Positions 31,850-44,786 of a DNA stretch of 64,000 nt are shown here, in pieces; the first letter of the stretch is position 1; every line of letters begins with the position of its first letter. The translations under genes and the position numbers were made by a program. The stretch is from Azolla caroliniana (taxonomy: Eukaryota > Plantae > Polypodiophyta): positions 6,324,001 through 6,388,000 of the forward strand of contig JBHGNT010000015.1 of assembly GCA_043228905.1 (NCBI GenBank), in the 5' to 3' direction. Under the pieces are notes generated by a model that saw only the letters and a list, made by a program, of their open reading frames with translations, did no database searches and had not been told where the DNA came from.

Positions 31850-34585
31850 TTAATCTTCTTCCAAAATGGCCCGAATGTTTGGCTCTGCTACGGTGTCCAC
31901 GTCCGGAGGCGACGTAGGGCCCGTAGGTGCATCGTGGTATGGTTCCCCTGTTTGGTCGGGATGGCTTCTCCTGGTGTCGCTGTCGTCTTGTGTGGGCGGT
32001 CCGGGTACGATGGGCTCTTCTTGAGCTAGTGGGTTGGGCTCAACCGTCGTCGTGCTAGCGGTTGGCCGCGGCTGTGTCTCAATCATCACTTCCTCCGTAG
32101 TGTCGGCCGTCATTGTACACTCCGGAGGGTGGGGTTGCGATTCCGCCTGGTCCGCAACGTTCTCCATGTGGTCCGCCGATAGCGTGGGCTCCTACGGATA
32201 GGTCTCCTCTTTGGCAGCGATTTCGTTGTCTGGTACTATGGGGGACTCCGCTCGTCGTTCCGCGCTATTCACTGTCGTTATAATTTCTGGTGATCTGGCC
32301 TGAGGTTCCTCTTCTTCGACCGTGCCCGGAATAGGCGTCGCGATGGATTCCTCATTTGTTCGTGTGCTGCCGGCTTGTGTGATCTAGTGAAATAGCTCCT
32401 CCTAGCTTTCACCAAAATCATCTAAGAGCTACGCGAGTTCTTCGGAATGTTGGTCCGCTAGCGCACAATAGTCTTGCGCTAGGTCCTCGCGTACGGCCAC
32501 AATGCTCTCCTCATTCAGTTTATAGAAACCTCGGCCATCTTTTCGTCGGTTCTCCCAGTCTGCACGATACGCATGCAATTCCGCTGCTTGGGTTGCCCAC
32601 ACCATCCATCCTTTGTCTAGCACCGTTTTCAATTGCGTTGTGAACCTCTCCCGATTTGTTTGTAGAAGGATATGCACGTTGTCTATGATGGTCTGGCAAT
32701 GGTTGCGTGCGTCCTCCACCGACTTCTTGAGGTTTGCAATTTCTTGCTGACTAATCGCCGCTGCCTCTTCGTACGTAGTCTTGAGGCCTGCCCACAGCTG
32801 GGATTCCTTTGCAGGGTGTTCTTCTAATTTCCCCATTTCATTGTTGAGGTGGATTTCGAGTTGATGCCTTCCTTCCTGTTCGACCACCAGCTGCTCGTCG
32901 AACCATACCTTCTTTTTCTCCAATAAGTTCCGGAGTCCCGCGATTGCAGCCTCCGATTTCTTGCTTCATCCCGTAATTGGGCGTTTTCTTCTTTTGTCCG
33001 GATGTGTTGTGCTACCTCCGCAGCGAGTTTCTCTTCAAGGGTTTTTACTACCTTCCAGCCATTAGCCCGGATCTCCTTTTCCCTATCTGAGGATTGGCAC
33101 AGTTCAGCTCGAAGGCGGTCAATTTCTGATTCCGCTAGTTGCACAACCCTTTTCTCTTTTGAAACGATGGCGGTTTGAGCCTTAATTTCTTCCTTCAAAG
33201 CGTCGATGGCGTGGTTTGGTGGCGGAGTTGCCTATTGCACCGTAGTCCTGTTAGATTCCAACTCCGCGATGCGTTCGTTGGCTTTTTGCAGCTCGGCTTG
33301 GGTCATTTTCACCTTCTTTCCAAACATTCTTATTTTTAATGGCCATCTCCTTGGCGCCCGTGTTGACCTTTGCCAGTTCCCTATGGACTTTGACTAGGGC
33401 CGTGTTTAATGGGGGTAGCTCCATCCCCACTCGGCGTACACCAGCGTTCCTCTATCTGCCGACCCTGGCTAGCCGATCCTCATCGTCACTCTCCGCCGTT
33501 TGTGTTAGGGCGCGCTCGATCATCTGGCGCTCCGCGTGTTCCTTGGCCATTCGTTGTGAGGCCTTTATCTGTTGCGTTGCCAGGAATTCCATGAGCTCAA
33601 AAGAGTTTCCGAACTGTAAGAGGGCGTTAAACTCATGACCCGTGTCCGGGATATCTGGATATACCAAAACCTCGCTTTCTGCTGTCAATATGGCTTTCCC
33701 TCGTTGTGATTGGGTCGTAATGATCAGTCGTGGCTCCCGGATGATTTCGAAGGTAGTATTGGGCTCCGTAGCTGTGGGGCCATTGCCTTCGGTCGTTGTC
33801 TCTGCTGCCGTGGGGACGTCTTTGACCAATCCCCGCCCATCTTTCCTTTCCAATCTCCGTCGTTTCAGTCTAGGGCTATCCAACCGTGTTTTGGTGTCTA
33901 GCTCTGGGGCTGCTTCCGCGGAGCGTGCCGGTTGTTCTTCCTGCGTTGTTCGTGTGTCTGGCTGGGCGGGTTGGGATTCCTCTTCCCACTCTGGGGCAGC
34001 TAACTCCGCTAACCTGCGCTCCGTGGATCAGGGTGGAGGCGTGGGTCGGCTGGGCTGCGGTGCCGGCAGGTCTTGGGGTGGGAATAACACCATAAGGTAC
34101 TGTTGTATGATCGGCTTGAGCTTCTTGCCTCCCTGATACACATGCAGGGCTTCCCTTAATGCCAGCCCGGTTATGATCCCCCAATCGACCGCACACCCTT
34201 CAAAGGTATCAATAATTATACCCGCCTTCTGCTTGGGCATCCCATATGCGTTGACGTGTACGTAGCCGACCTCTAACAGGAACTTGGCAACTTCACGGAA
34301 GAAGGGATCCGGGAGTTGCTTTGTTCTATAGACCTTGGCGGAGGAGGAATATGGACCGAAATATCTCTGCAACGCCTCTATAGGAGGTATTTTGAAATGC
34401 CTTTCACCTAGCGATGACAGGTCCAACTTTTTCCGGATGGATGAGTTGGTGATCGTGTCGATGTTAAGATTTCTGGCGATGTCCATGGCATCCGGGTGTG
34501 GAGGTGCCTCTGCGACCTGGATGTACCCATCTAGGCATTTCTCTATGAGCCATCGGCGTAAGGCAGTAGAGATGAGGATCGGCAT
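31850..34585 (-). pseudogene. Extra ORF of Gypsy D (about 900 codons, broken): N-terminal domain, Pro-rich linker, basic KRRR motif, long coiled coil, acidic tail
   Basis: Consecutive ORF fragments 34028-34585, 33452-33883, 32824-33198, 32429-32923 and 31850-32167 are separated by stops or single frameshifts. Confidence 0.7.
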
Positions 34586-34932
34586 CGCTAGAGTAGGTTC
34601 GTGGGGAGGAGATTGGTGGTTGCGATGGGCTGGAGCTCTGTGATTAAATGGAGGAGAAGGTGAGGGGGAGGAGCGATGGGAGCGCTGATAGTTAGAAGGT
34701 AGGTTTCTGTTTTGTGCAGAAGATCTTCTATTCCCTTTTTTTGTGGCTTAGGGTTCATTGGGTGGTGAGCCATCGTGGTGCCGTGTGTTCTTGATCTAGG
34801 AGTTTGTGCATGCATTTAGTCCTTTTCCTTTAGTAGTGTCGCTATCTTCTCTTTCTTTTCTTTTCTTTTCTTTTTTTCGTAACGGTTACATATAGCCTAT
34901 TTTTACATTATGATACAAGTGGGGCCGTCCAC

Positions 34933-37900
34933 TTACGCCACGGGTTCTCTGGCTTTGTCCTGTCCGGCTGTGAATGGGTTAGGTGGCGTAGGGCCCAGGT
35001 AAGGTTTAAGGCGAAACCCATTTACCTTTTGCCGTAATACTTCCCCGGCCAGCGTACCTAGTTGGAACGTGCCTTGTTCCGCTCCAATTATCCAGTACGG
35101 GCTTGTCCAGCAGAATCGTAACTTCCTTGGCATATGGCCCATGCGGGTTTGGAAAACCAGCACCGCTCGACCGACGTCGAAATCCTTTTCCCTTGCGTTC
35201 CGATGTCGATCCACAAACACTTTACGCCGTCGTTGTTCCTGCTCCAACACAACCATGTTGTGTACGCGTTTTTCCCCGAGTTCGAGTAGCTGGTGGAGTC
35301 GTACCTCCTCCGACTTGGCTTCTGATAGTCGGTCCCGTACCTGAATCTGCAAATTGGGTATCTGAAATTCTACCGGCATCACAGCTTCCAGTCCAAATGC
35401 TAGTTGAAACGGTGTTGACTGTATGCTTGTTTTGTATCTGGTTCTGTACGCCCATAACGCACTCTGTAATTTGGTATCCTAGTTCGTTCTATTTTCATTG
35501 ACGATTTTCTTCAAGATGGTCTACAACGTCTTGTTGGTGGATTCCGCTAACCCATTCGCCTGTGGATAATATGGCGTACTCTTCTTGTGGACTACAACAT
35601 AATGATGTGTTAGTTCCCGAACCACCGAATTGAGAAAGTGGCTCCCTGGTCACTGATGAGCTCAATCGGACAGCTGAACCAGCACCCGATGTGCTCGTAA
35701 AGGAATCTCGCTGTGACGACCGTCGTATTTTCTCGTAGTGCCTTTGCTTCTACCCACTTGGTGCAATAATCCGTGGCTACCAATATGTATTTATTGCCCG
35801 TACGGGTTGCCGCCGGTGTGAAGGGGCCCACAAAATCCAATCCCCACTTTTGGAAGGGGTCTAACGGTAATACGGGCTGGTGTGGCATCCTTGTGCCCTC
35901 CGTGGGCTGGCCCATCCGTTGACACAAATCACACTTTCTACAATACTCGGATGCGTCCTTCTGCATTTTCGGCCACCATAGGCCTGCCTGCCATATTTTC
36001 CAGGCTATAACATCGCCCGCGTAGTGGCCGCCTTCCGTGCCACAATGCGCCTCCTGTAAAACTGCTTCTTTCTCATCCTGACGTACCCCACATCGCCAAA
36101 TGCCGTCACTTCCTTTGTGATATAAAATTCCTTCTACGAGGCAAAAGTTACGGTTTCAGACGGCTAGTTGTTTCTTTTCGTCCTTGCGTAATTGTGGTGG
36201 AGGCAGTCCCGTAGTCAAAAAGTATGTCATTTCCATAAGCCACCGGTCCAGAAAGGTCGATTCTGTTCTTTCTGCCAGTGCTACTACCCGCAGGATGTCG
36301 ACATCCGGGAAATTGTCGTCGTCCTTCTGTACTGTTTCTCCATTATCAAGTCTGCTCAAAAAATCTGCCACTGCGTGTTGCGTCCCCGGTCGGTGCTGAA
36401 TTACAAAATCGAATTCTTGAAGCAACAGCATCCATCGCGCCAATTTCCCCATCAAGGCTTGTTTCTCCACCAAACATAGCAGCGCTGAATGATCCACGTG
36501 GAACGTGAAATTCCTCCCCAGTAAATAATGCCGGAATTTATTGATGCTATAGATCATCCCTAGCACCTCCCGCTCCGTTGTGGAATAGTTACGCTCTGTT
36601 GTTGATAATTTGCAATTAGCGTAGTACACTGGCTGGTACCAGTTTGGTTTGGGGAGTTGCATTAGCGCACTCCCTATTGCTATGTCTGAGGCGTCGACGA
36701 ACACGTGGAATGGCTTCGCCCAAACTGGTGATTGTATGACGGGGGCCTATGTGAGCATTATCTTAAGTGCCTCATAGGCCTTGTCCTCCATTGCGGTCCA
36801 TTGGAAGGAGTCTGATGTACGGCAGCATGTAATGGCATGGCGAAGTTCGCCAAATATCGTATCATCCGACTATGCCACCATATTTGTCCTAAAAACCGGC
36901 TGAGTGATTTCGCGTTTGTCGGAGTTTTGGCTTGCATAATCGCAGAGATTTTGTTCGGATCGACTGCTATTCCCTCCTTGCTGACTATATGGCCTAGGAG
37001 AGTCCTTCTGGTCACGCCGAAGGCGCATTTCGCGGGATTCAGGCTTAAGCGTGCGGTGCGGCAACGTTCCAAGCATAGTTGCAGATGCGTAAAATGGTCT
37101 ATTGTTCTCCCATATACTACAAAGTCGTCTAAAAAAACTTGCATGAACACCAGAATATATTCACCAAAGATCTCTATAATTGTCCGTTGAAATGTTGTCG
37201 GCGCGGTCTTTAGCCTAAACATCATGACGATTGCCACATAGACTCCCCAGTCCGTGACAAATGTCGTTTTCTCTTGGTCATCGGGATGCATGCGTACCTG
37301 GTTATACCCATTGAAGCCATCTAAAAAACTGTACATCTCATGTCCTGCGACGACGTCCAGTATGCTATCGGTGAATGGTAAAGGGAATGCGTCTGTAATG
37401 GTTACGGCGTTTAATTTTCGGTAATCCACGCATACCCGTATTTTGCCGTTTTTCTTTGGAACGACTAATATCGGACTTAACCATGTGGCTTGTTTAACTG
37501 GCCATATGAACCCCGCCTTCAGGAGTTTGTCAATTTCTTCTTTTACGCAGGTCGCGTAGTTCGGGTTCATGCGGTAGCGGTGCTACTGGACGGGTTTTGC
37601 GTCGGTTGCTAAATTGATCTTATGTTGATAGAACTTGGGATCTAACCCCTTCATGTCCTCGTGAGCCCAAGCGAACACATCTTTATATTTCTTGAGTAGT
37701 GCGATCATCGTGTTTCTCTGGTCTGGCCTTAATTCCTTTGTGATGGAGAGGAACCGGGGTTCTGACTCCGTACCCACATTCACTTCTTCCAGGGCAGAGG
37801 CGGTGACTCGTCGTGAAATTTCCATTTCCCTTTCGAATGCCGCCCGTGCTCTACTGAGTTCCACTATGGACTCTAGGTTTGGTTCGTAAGCCTCGTCGTG

Positions 37901-38542
37901 GAGAATAGAGGTCGTGGCATATTCTGCTGTCGTTGCGATGACGTCGATTTCGAACAACGGAATGATCCGAGGGTGCTCATCTAGGTATGCCTCTAATTCT
38001 GCATCCTCCACCCCATCCAACATATTTATATCTTTTGCGTATAATGGTGTTATACCCTTGGGTTGTGGTATGCTTCCTTCCGTAGGTACGCCAACCTTAG
38101 TGCGTCTGTGCCGGAAATTGATACACTTGTGTTGCCAACGCTGCTTGATATTTGCTGCCCGAAGCCATGGTCTGCCCAGAAGCACTAGGTACGTCCCTAG
38201 GGCGTCCAAGGCGAGGATGACCGCCGAGATGTCGAAGCGATGTCCGCCCACGATAATGCCTATCTTGCGAATTAACCCCAATGGTCGTACTGAGCGGGTA
38301 TTTGCCATTCGGAGCCAGAATGGGCAAGGCTCCCATTCTGAAATGCCTAACTACTCGCAGGTTTTCACGCTAATTATATTAACGCCTGAACCGCCATCAA
38401 TTACGCATCCAAGAATTTCATGTCCGTGTAATATCAATGTAATAGCCGGGTTGTGGTGATCCACTACAGGCGGTCCGTCGCTAACGTCTATAAGTTTTGT
38501 AGCGACACTTACCCCGGGTATGCCCACCACCCGTTCTTCCAT
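34933..38542 (-). pseudogene. pol: Gypsy D pol: protease, RT, RNase H, integrase
   Basis: VIDGGSGVN; EEIDKLLKAGFI...FLDGFNGYNQ...FLDD; FVDASD...HVDHSAL; WGLDFVGP; KVNGFRLKPY. No second RNase H seen. Confidence 0.93.
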
Positions 38543-38566
38543 GGTCTGGCGGAAGTGTGGGACTAG

Positions 38567-40287
38567 CTACAACAGCTTCTCCATGGTTAACGTTATCTCG
38601 CAGCCCGCTAATGCCTGCCAAATGGGGTCCGGGACCGGTCCTTCGTCCTCCGCTCGCTCCCTCGTATTCGCGGACTCCTTCCGCATGCGCTCTGTATTGG
38701 TCGTGTTTTCTTTTTCCACCCATGCCTGGGCTTGTCGTCGTATCTCATCTTCCGTGGCCCAATCAATCGTTTTTGTTTGCTGGCGTGTCGTGACTTGCTG
38801 CACTTCCGCCGTAATCGTATTGACGGCGAGCCCTTTGCCCTTGCGTGATGGGCATTGCGTGGCATAATGTCCAGGCTGCTAACAAACAATACAATGGATG
38901 CTTGATTCGCCCTTCTCAGCTCCTGGTGGTGTGTGTCGATCCCCTGGTGCGACTTGCTCCTCACGGTCCGGTCTCGTTTGTCGGAACGCACACGGTGGTT
39001 GCTATTGGTCCCGGCGTGGTTCATGGTGTCGCTCATCTCCCGAGCTTTCGTCGTATCATCGGTGGTCTCGATATTGCCGCGGCTTCCCACGTTAACCATT
39101 GAAGCCGCCACGTTTGTTTGCCGGTCGGTGATTCTCATAGCATCGGCCCCCTTTAGCATAACTCGAAGGTCCACGGTAATCCTCATCCTCTGGTTCGTCT
39201 TCCTCGGAATCGTTGTGATTCTGGCGATTTCGGTGGTTCCGGTCATCACGTGGGTTGTGATCCACATACCGTGTTCGGTCTTCTTGCCTCCTTTGTTCAG
39301 TATGGCATGGGGGAAGTTGTGTGTCCATGCTGCATACTGTGGGAGCGGCTCTGTTCAACATGTTGTATTCACATTGGTCAACTATGTGAGCCTTCGAGTG
39401 GCAGATTGGGCAGTGGATTTGCATGTTGCACTCCACTGCGGAATGCCCCGAGTTCAAGCAAATTGTGCACTGGATTGCTTGGCGAAACTGGCGTTCCTCG
39501 TCTTGGGGTAACGCTTGTCGTAAGGAGGACATAGAAAACCTTTCCTCCTCCTCGTCCAACTCGAGTTGTAACGCTCGTTCAATGATCATATCTGCCGTTT
39601 CCCCTTTCACGCTATTGTTGTTGAGCGTTGTCCGTATGGGTCGGCGTAATGCTCCCAGAAATGTCTCTCGAGCCTCGTCCTCCGCAGGGCTCCGTTCTGG
39701 TTTCCGCCATAAATTTTGGAAACGTAAGCTGAAGTCTGTGATCATCTCGGTCGGCAATTGCTTAATCGTATAGAACTGTCCGAGGATTTCGCGTTGTGGA
39801 ACCCTCCGATGGAAGAACCATAAGAAAGCGGATTGCAGCTGATTGAAGGTCGTGATTGCTGGCAAATCCATCTGTGAATGCCAAAATGCCGCTCGCCCAT
39901 CCAATGTTAACCCGAACTCCGTCATTTTCGACTGTGTGCTACCGTCTCCGAAAGGCTCTGCGCCATGTGGTTCGCATTCCAGACATTGAGGAACATGCGA
40001 ATATGGATTACGGTGTTGGTTTCACCGTTAAAGCGGGGATAGGCAAAGGCCATGTTGGGGGCTACGACGGGTCGGGAAAGACCACAGTGTTGCTGTGGTG
40101 AGCGTGCTCCCTGCGTATCGTCGAGGTATTTGGAGAGCGCCGAATCACCTTTGTAATCACAAAAGGTAGTACTAAGGTCGCTGAGGCGAGGCTTTTGCCG
40201 TGCACGTTCCTCTGCCTGGCGTGTGACGGACCTTGTGATTGGCCGGTCTTGTTGTGTTGGTTCTCTGGGGCGTCTGTGGCTAAACAT
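38567..40287 (-). pseudogene. gag: Gypsy D gag with tandem zinc knuckles (frameshifted)
   Basis: YPRFNGE; TLDGRAAFW; CTICLNSGHSAVEC..HCPICHSKAHIVDQC. Confidence 0.8.
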
Positions 40288-42390
40288 CCATTCGTCGTTG
40301 TTCGTCTGTGAGAAGACACAGAATCACCAAGCGTGCCAAAAGTGTTACCGATTAGGAACACGGTCTGCGGTCAGTCCTTCGACCTAGACCCCCAAGTGAT
40401 TGTGAAACAACGAATGGTGGCGTCTATGGGTAATACGTAGGGGAATGTTCCCCGTAACCTAGCAGCGTACAAGGGAGACAGCTACAACCAACCCCTTATC
40501 AGTGGTGACACAGTTACGTTCTTGCACTCTTAGGTATTCCAGACACACAGTAGACTAGCCGTAGCTATACACAGATTTTTAGAGAAGATAGAATTCTATT
40601 ACGATACGCTTCTTTACATTCCCAAAATTACATGCCCTCTATTAGAGGTTTTTTGCCCTTTATATACGCAGGGTCTTTTTAGCCATTCACACTTCCTGCG
40701 TGAACCGTTACATGCATTATGATCTTATATTATTTCTTTTTCCTATGCTCTTGTCCATCAGTTACTATTCCGGTAGACAACAGCTACAACCCATCTACCC
40801 GAAAAGCTCGCGTAAGTCGAGATGTCGTTTTCGACGAGTCCGCATCCTGGTACGCACTAGAAACAACTTTGACTCTGACTCCGCTCGACCCAGAATCCGC
40901 CGAAATGGAGATAGGAGACGAAGATCGGGTCACGCGCATGTACGAAGAAAGCTCGATTATGACACGGCTTAGTGGACCATGGGAATGTCAAAATCTGATA
41001 CTTTTTTGTAAATCCGAAACGAGTCGGATAGCCCGATTGTCATCATCCTTTACGTGGATGATTTGATCATCGGAGGAAAGGATCTTGCCGAGATTAACAA
41101 GGTCAAATCACTTCTCTCTGGGAGATTCGAAATGAAAGACCTGCACGAGCTCCATTACTTCCTTGGCATTGAAGTAATTCGGACACCAGTTAGAATAATG
41201 ATTTCTCAACAATACTACATGCTCAACCTTTTGTACAAGTTTAGAATGACTGAGTGCAAACCTATGTCTACCCCTCTCGATCGTAATCTCAAGATTGATG
41301 CCGATTCCAGCACAACCGAGTCCGAGTCAACTCAGTATCGTCAATTGATCGGCAACTTAATCTATCTCACCATTACGCGACCCGACCTCAGTTATTCGGT
41401 CGTCCTACTTAGTCAATTCATGCAGAATCCGTGAAACTCTCATCTCGATTGCGCTAAGAGGATTCTCCGGTATGTTTGTACGACGATGGGTTACGGCATT
41501 ATGTATCAGTCAAATACGACCATTCGCCTTGAAGGATACACAAACGCGGACTGGGCAGGATACAAAGTGGATAGACAATCCACCTCCAGATTCGTCTTCT
41601 CCCTTGGTAGCGGAGCGATCTCCTAGAGAAGTAAGAAGTAGCCAATAGTCGCACTGTCGAGCATGGAAGCCGAATATTGGGACGCGGCAGTCGATGCATG
41701 CGAAGCCATATGGCTCAAGCATATTTTGAAGGATTTGGGCATACCCATCAAAGATCCAATTCGCCTCTACTGCGACAACATGAGCAACATCTACTTGGCG
41801 CGGAACCTCGTATTTCACGCGCATACTAAGCATATGGAAGTGCACTACCACTTCATCCACGAGCGTGTACAGGCCGGAGAAATCAATGTACAACATATCA
41901 GTACGCACCTCCAGGTTGGTGATATGTTTCCGAAGGCCTTAAGCGTCGAGAAGCTCGGGCAATTTGCATCGGACCTTGGTCTCACGACATCGACATTGCC
42001 GAGCTTGAGGGGGAGTACTACAGGCGACATGGACGTAACACAGAACGATACGTGGGTACGCAACACGTAGTTAATTGAACCAAGAACGAATTCAAAAAGC
42101 CAAAAAATCTAGTTCGAGGATTACGAACACCAGAAGCCGGATTCCGAAGACCGAACCGAAACAACTTTTCGACAAATGGAAGTTGTGTTTGAAGGGGCCT
42201 GTTGAGAGAACGAACTTAACTTCCCATAGCAATAGGTTTCACACTAGCTCATGGACATACCAGACTAGTTTTGTCAATAGTAGAAAGGGCACTTACCCTA
42301 GCTTAGTTGGTATTTAAACCAACCCCTTGTAACTTAGTTACTGTTGGAAGTATTTTGGTTAATGCAACATATAGTCTTTTATCTCTGTCT

Positions 42391-42437
<47 letters not shown>

Positions 42438-42514
42438 CTGCCTTACGTACACACACACACACAATCCTTCTGTTGCATCTCAGCCACTCTTACTCCTCAT
42501 TTCTTTACAAAGGC

Positions 42515-43768
42515 GGACAATGACTATTTGATCGGGACAGAGGTAGTAATCGAAACAGACTGCCTACCTATCCTAGGTATGGTTTCCGGATGCGCGACTC
42601 CGGACCTGAGTATGCTCAGGTGGATCACGTACATCAAGTCCCTAAACCTGGAGATCTCACACATCTCCGGTAATGACAACGCCATGACCGATATGCTTTC
42701 AAGAGAGTGGTTTGACAACAAGGATGACATGGTGTCGGAGGACAAAGAAGTCGGCATGGACTTCTTCGAGTCGGCTCATGTAGCAACAAGGGAGGGGAGC
42801 ACTCCGGGACTGAATGAGTTTAACGAAAACGAGTACGATGGGGAGTGGCTCCAGATAGGAAAATTCTTAAGGACATTGGTGCCGGACATAGCATGGACAA
42901 GGGATGAGGCAAACAAAATCAGGAAGAAGGCATATCGGTTCTTCCTGTGGAATGGGAGTATATGGAGGCATCTGAAGAAGCGTAACGGCATTCCGCTTCG
43001 CGTAGTGATAAGAAGGGAAGAGAAGAAGGCGTTGTTGTTAGAGTACCATGAGAGCCCTTGGGCTGGTCACCGTGGAACGTGAGCCACATTCGAGAAGCTG
43101 AAGGAAAGATATTGGTGGCCAGGAATGTACCAGAATGCGAATCAATTCGTGATGACCTGCGAAAGTTGTCATATGCATTCCGGGATCCGGCACCAAGATG
43201 AGCTGCACCTGACCTACCCGTTGACCATCCATTTCAAATGGATGGTGAACTTAGTGACGATGCCGATGGGAGTGGGGCAATTGTGGTACCTGGTGCTTGC
43301 GCGGGAGGACTTCACGAACCAGGTGGAGGGTTGTGCATTGCAGAACAAAACGATCGTGGCCGTATGTCGGTTCCTAATCGAAGAGGTGGTTTGCTGATAC
43401 AGATGCGTGGGGAAGATCATGGCCGACCGGGGAGAACTTGATGCGCAAGAAGCTGAAGAGTTGTTCGGCTAGTTGGGGGTAAAACTCTCTCACTACGGCG
43501 TACAATCCAGAGGCGAACAAAACGGTGGAACACGGACACGGGCCGATCTTGAAGGCATTACTGCAAGCGTGTGAGGGGCAAATCGGGAATTGACTGCTTC
43601 TCCTACCTTACGCACTGTGGGAGGACCGAACCACGTACAATTTGGTGACCGGGTTTATGCCGGTAGAGCTTATGTACGGGCAGAAGCCGATCATGCCAAT
43701 GGAGCGGATGATCTCTTCGTGGGCAGAAATCGACTGGGTGGAAGAAATGAGCCTGGAGGAGCTATTGG
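42515..43768 (+). pseudogene. pol: Gypsy G RNase H-integrase; the C-terminus, PPT and first ~120 bp of the 3' LTR are deleted
   Basis: IETDCLPILG; HESPWAGHRGT...CESC; paralogous to 3400-4640; jumps straight into LTR sequence at 43769. Confidence 0.88.
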
Positions 43769-44786
43769 AAGGCATTGATAGGACAGATTTAATATAGGAT
43801 TAAATCGAATGAGTCTTTGTCCGAAGTGACAGAGAATAAAAGCATGATGTAACAACCCTCCTTGGCCTATAAAAGGAGGGAGAGAGGACTAAGTAGGGAT
43901 CGCACGTTTAGGGAGAATGAAGTGTTGTCGGACTAGGAACCGGGCACCCGTTCTCTATTTTGCTCTCTTAGGTCAGACACCCCTGCTCACGTAGGAAGCC
44001 CGTGTGCTCCCAATAGAGGCTCCACGTTGTATTTTGGTGACTGGAGTGTGTGTTTCTTGTTGTGATCGTGGCTCAGTTCTTTGCTGGGCTAGTTGTCATT
44101 TTTTGCCTTCTAACTGATTGTTGGTATCTGTTTTGTTGTTCATTTAGCGTGTTGCTTTGATCCCGACAGAGTTGGTAGTGTCGTATGCCTCTTGATACTC
44201 GACACCTTACGCACCTTCTATCTCTCTTGTTCTCCTTCTCCTTCTTAAGCTCTTCGGTCTAAGGCTCCCGTGGTCCTACCTAGCTTCACACACGTACCCG
44301 TGGAATACCGCGACAACGTTTGCTTCATCCTTGCATAGTTTGACATGGATCACATATAGAGTGCTATGTTTCTATGCTTGGGCCACTATGAGGCTTCCTT
44401 TCTAGAACTTCCACTTGCCACTTTGAAAGCTACCAGTATAGCCTTCGCCATCTAGTCTTCCAGTTGATATCAGATTCAGCCTGATATCGAGTACATGTCG
44501 AACATACCTTAGGGTCAGTCTATAACCAATTGATGTTGTCAGACCTACACTTCCATTGACGGTTATGATGCACACTCCTTTGTCCCCCATCTTTACACTA
44601 CCATATTCCCCGACTATGTAGGATGAGAAGCACTCTCTAGAGGGAGTTATGTGAAACGATGCACCAAAGTCAATCACCTAGGTGCACTGTTCATTTGCAA
44701 GGTTTGCACTTGCTTGCTCGGAAATGAACAGGAGCGTCTCTTCGCTTGTAGCCATGGTAGAAGTGCCCTTCTTATCAAGAAACTTC

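Larger units (their letters stand above)
31363..40782 (-). mobile_element. Gypsy D, Athila/Tat-group non-chromovirus with an extra 3' ORF and no PPT
   Basis: 440-bp LTRs 31363-31802 and 40343-40782; TSD GCTAT/GCTAC; tRNA-Arg-type PBS at 40325-40338; TATATAAA on the minus strand (40659-40666). Confidence 0.92.
28693..42509 (+). mobile_element. Copia C (MGSALP family), degenerate, with an internal RT deletion near 40980; carries Gypsy D
   Basis: LTRs 28693-29008 and 42200-42509 with (CT)n/(AC)n; TSD AAGGT/AAGGC; PBS TGGTATCAGAGC at 29009-29020; gag-PR-INT about 29112-31362; RT-RNase H about 40788-42070. Confidence 0.92.
18478..44315 (+). mobile_element. Gypsy G, tRNA-Trp-primed non-chromoviral Ty3/gypsy (Phygy/Selgy-like by inference), carrying Copia B, Copia C and Gypsy D
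   Basis: 5' LTR 18478-19151; 5'-truncated 3' LTR 43769-44315; 4-bp TSD ACGT (18474-18477, 44316-44319); pol segments rejoin across the nested TSDs. Confidence 0.9.

Noticed and set aside
31363-40782. Gypsy D as a plus-strand element with an inverted interior
   Set aside because: The TATATAAA box and all ORFs are on the minus strand, and an inversion would still leave a PPT at one end; neither end has one. Not fully excluded without other copies.
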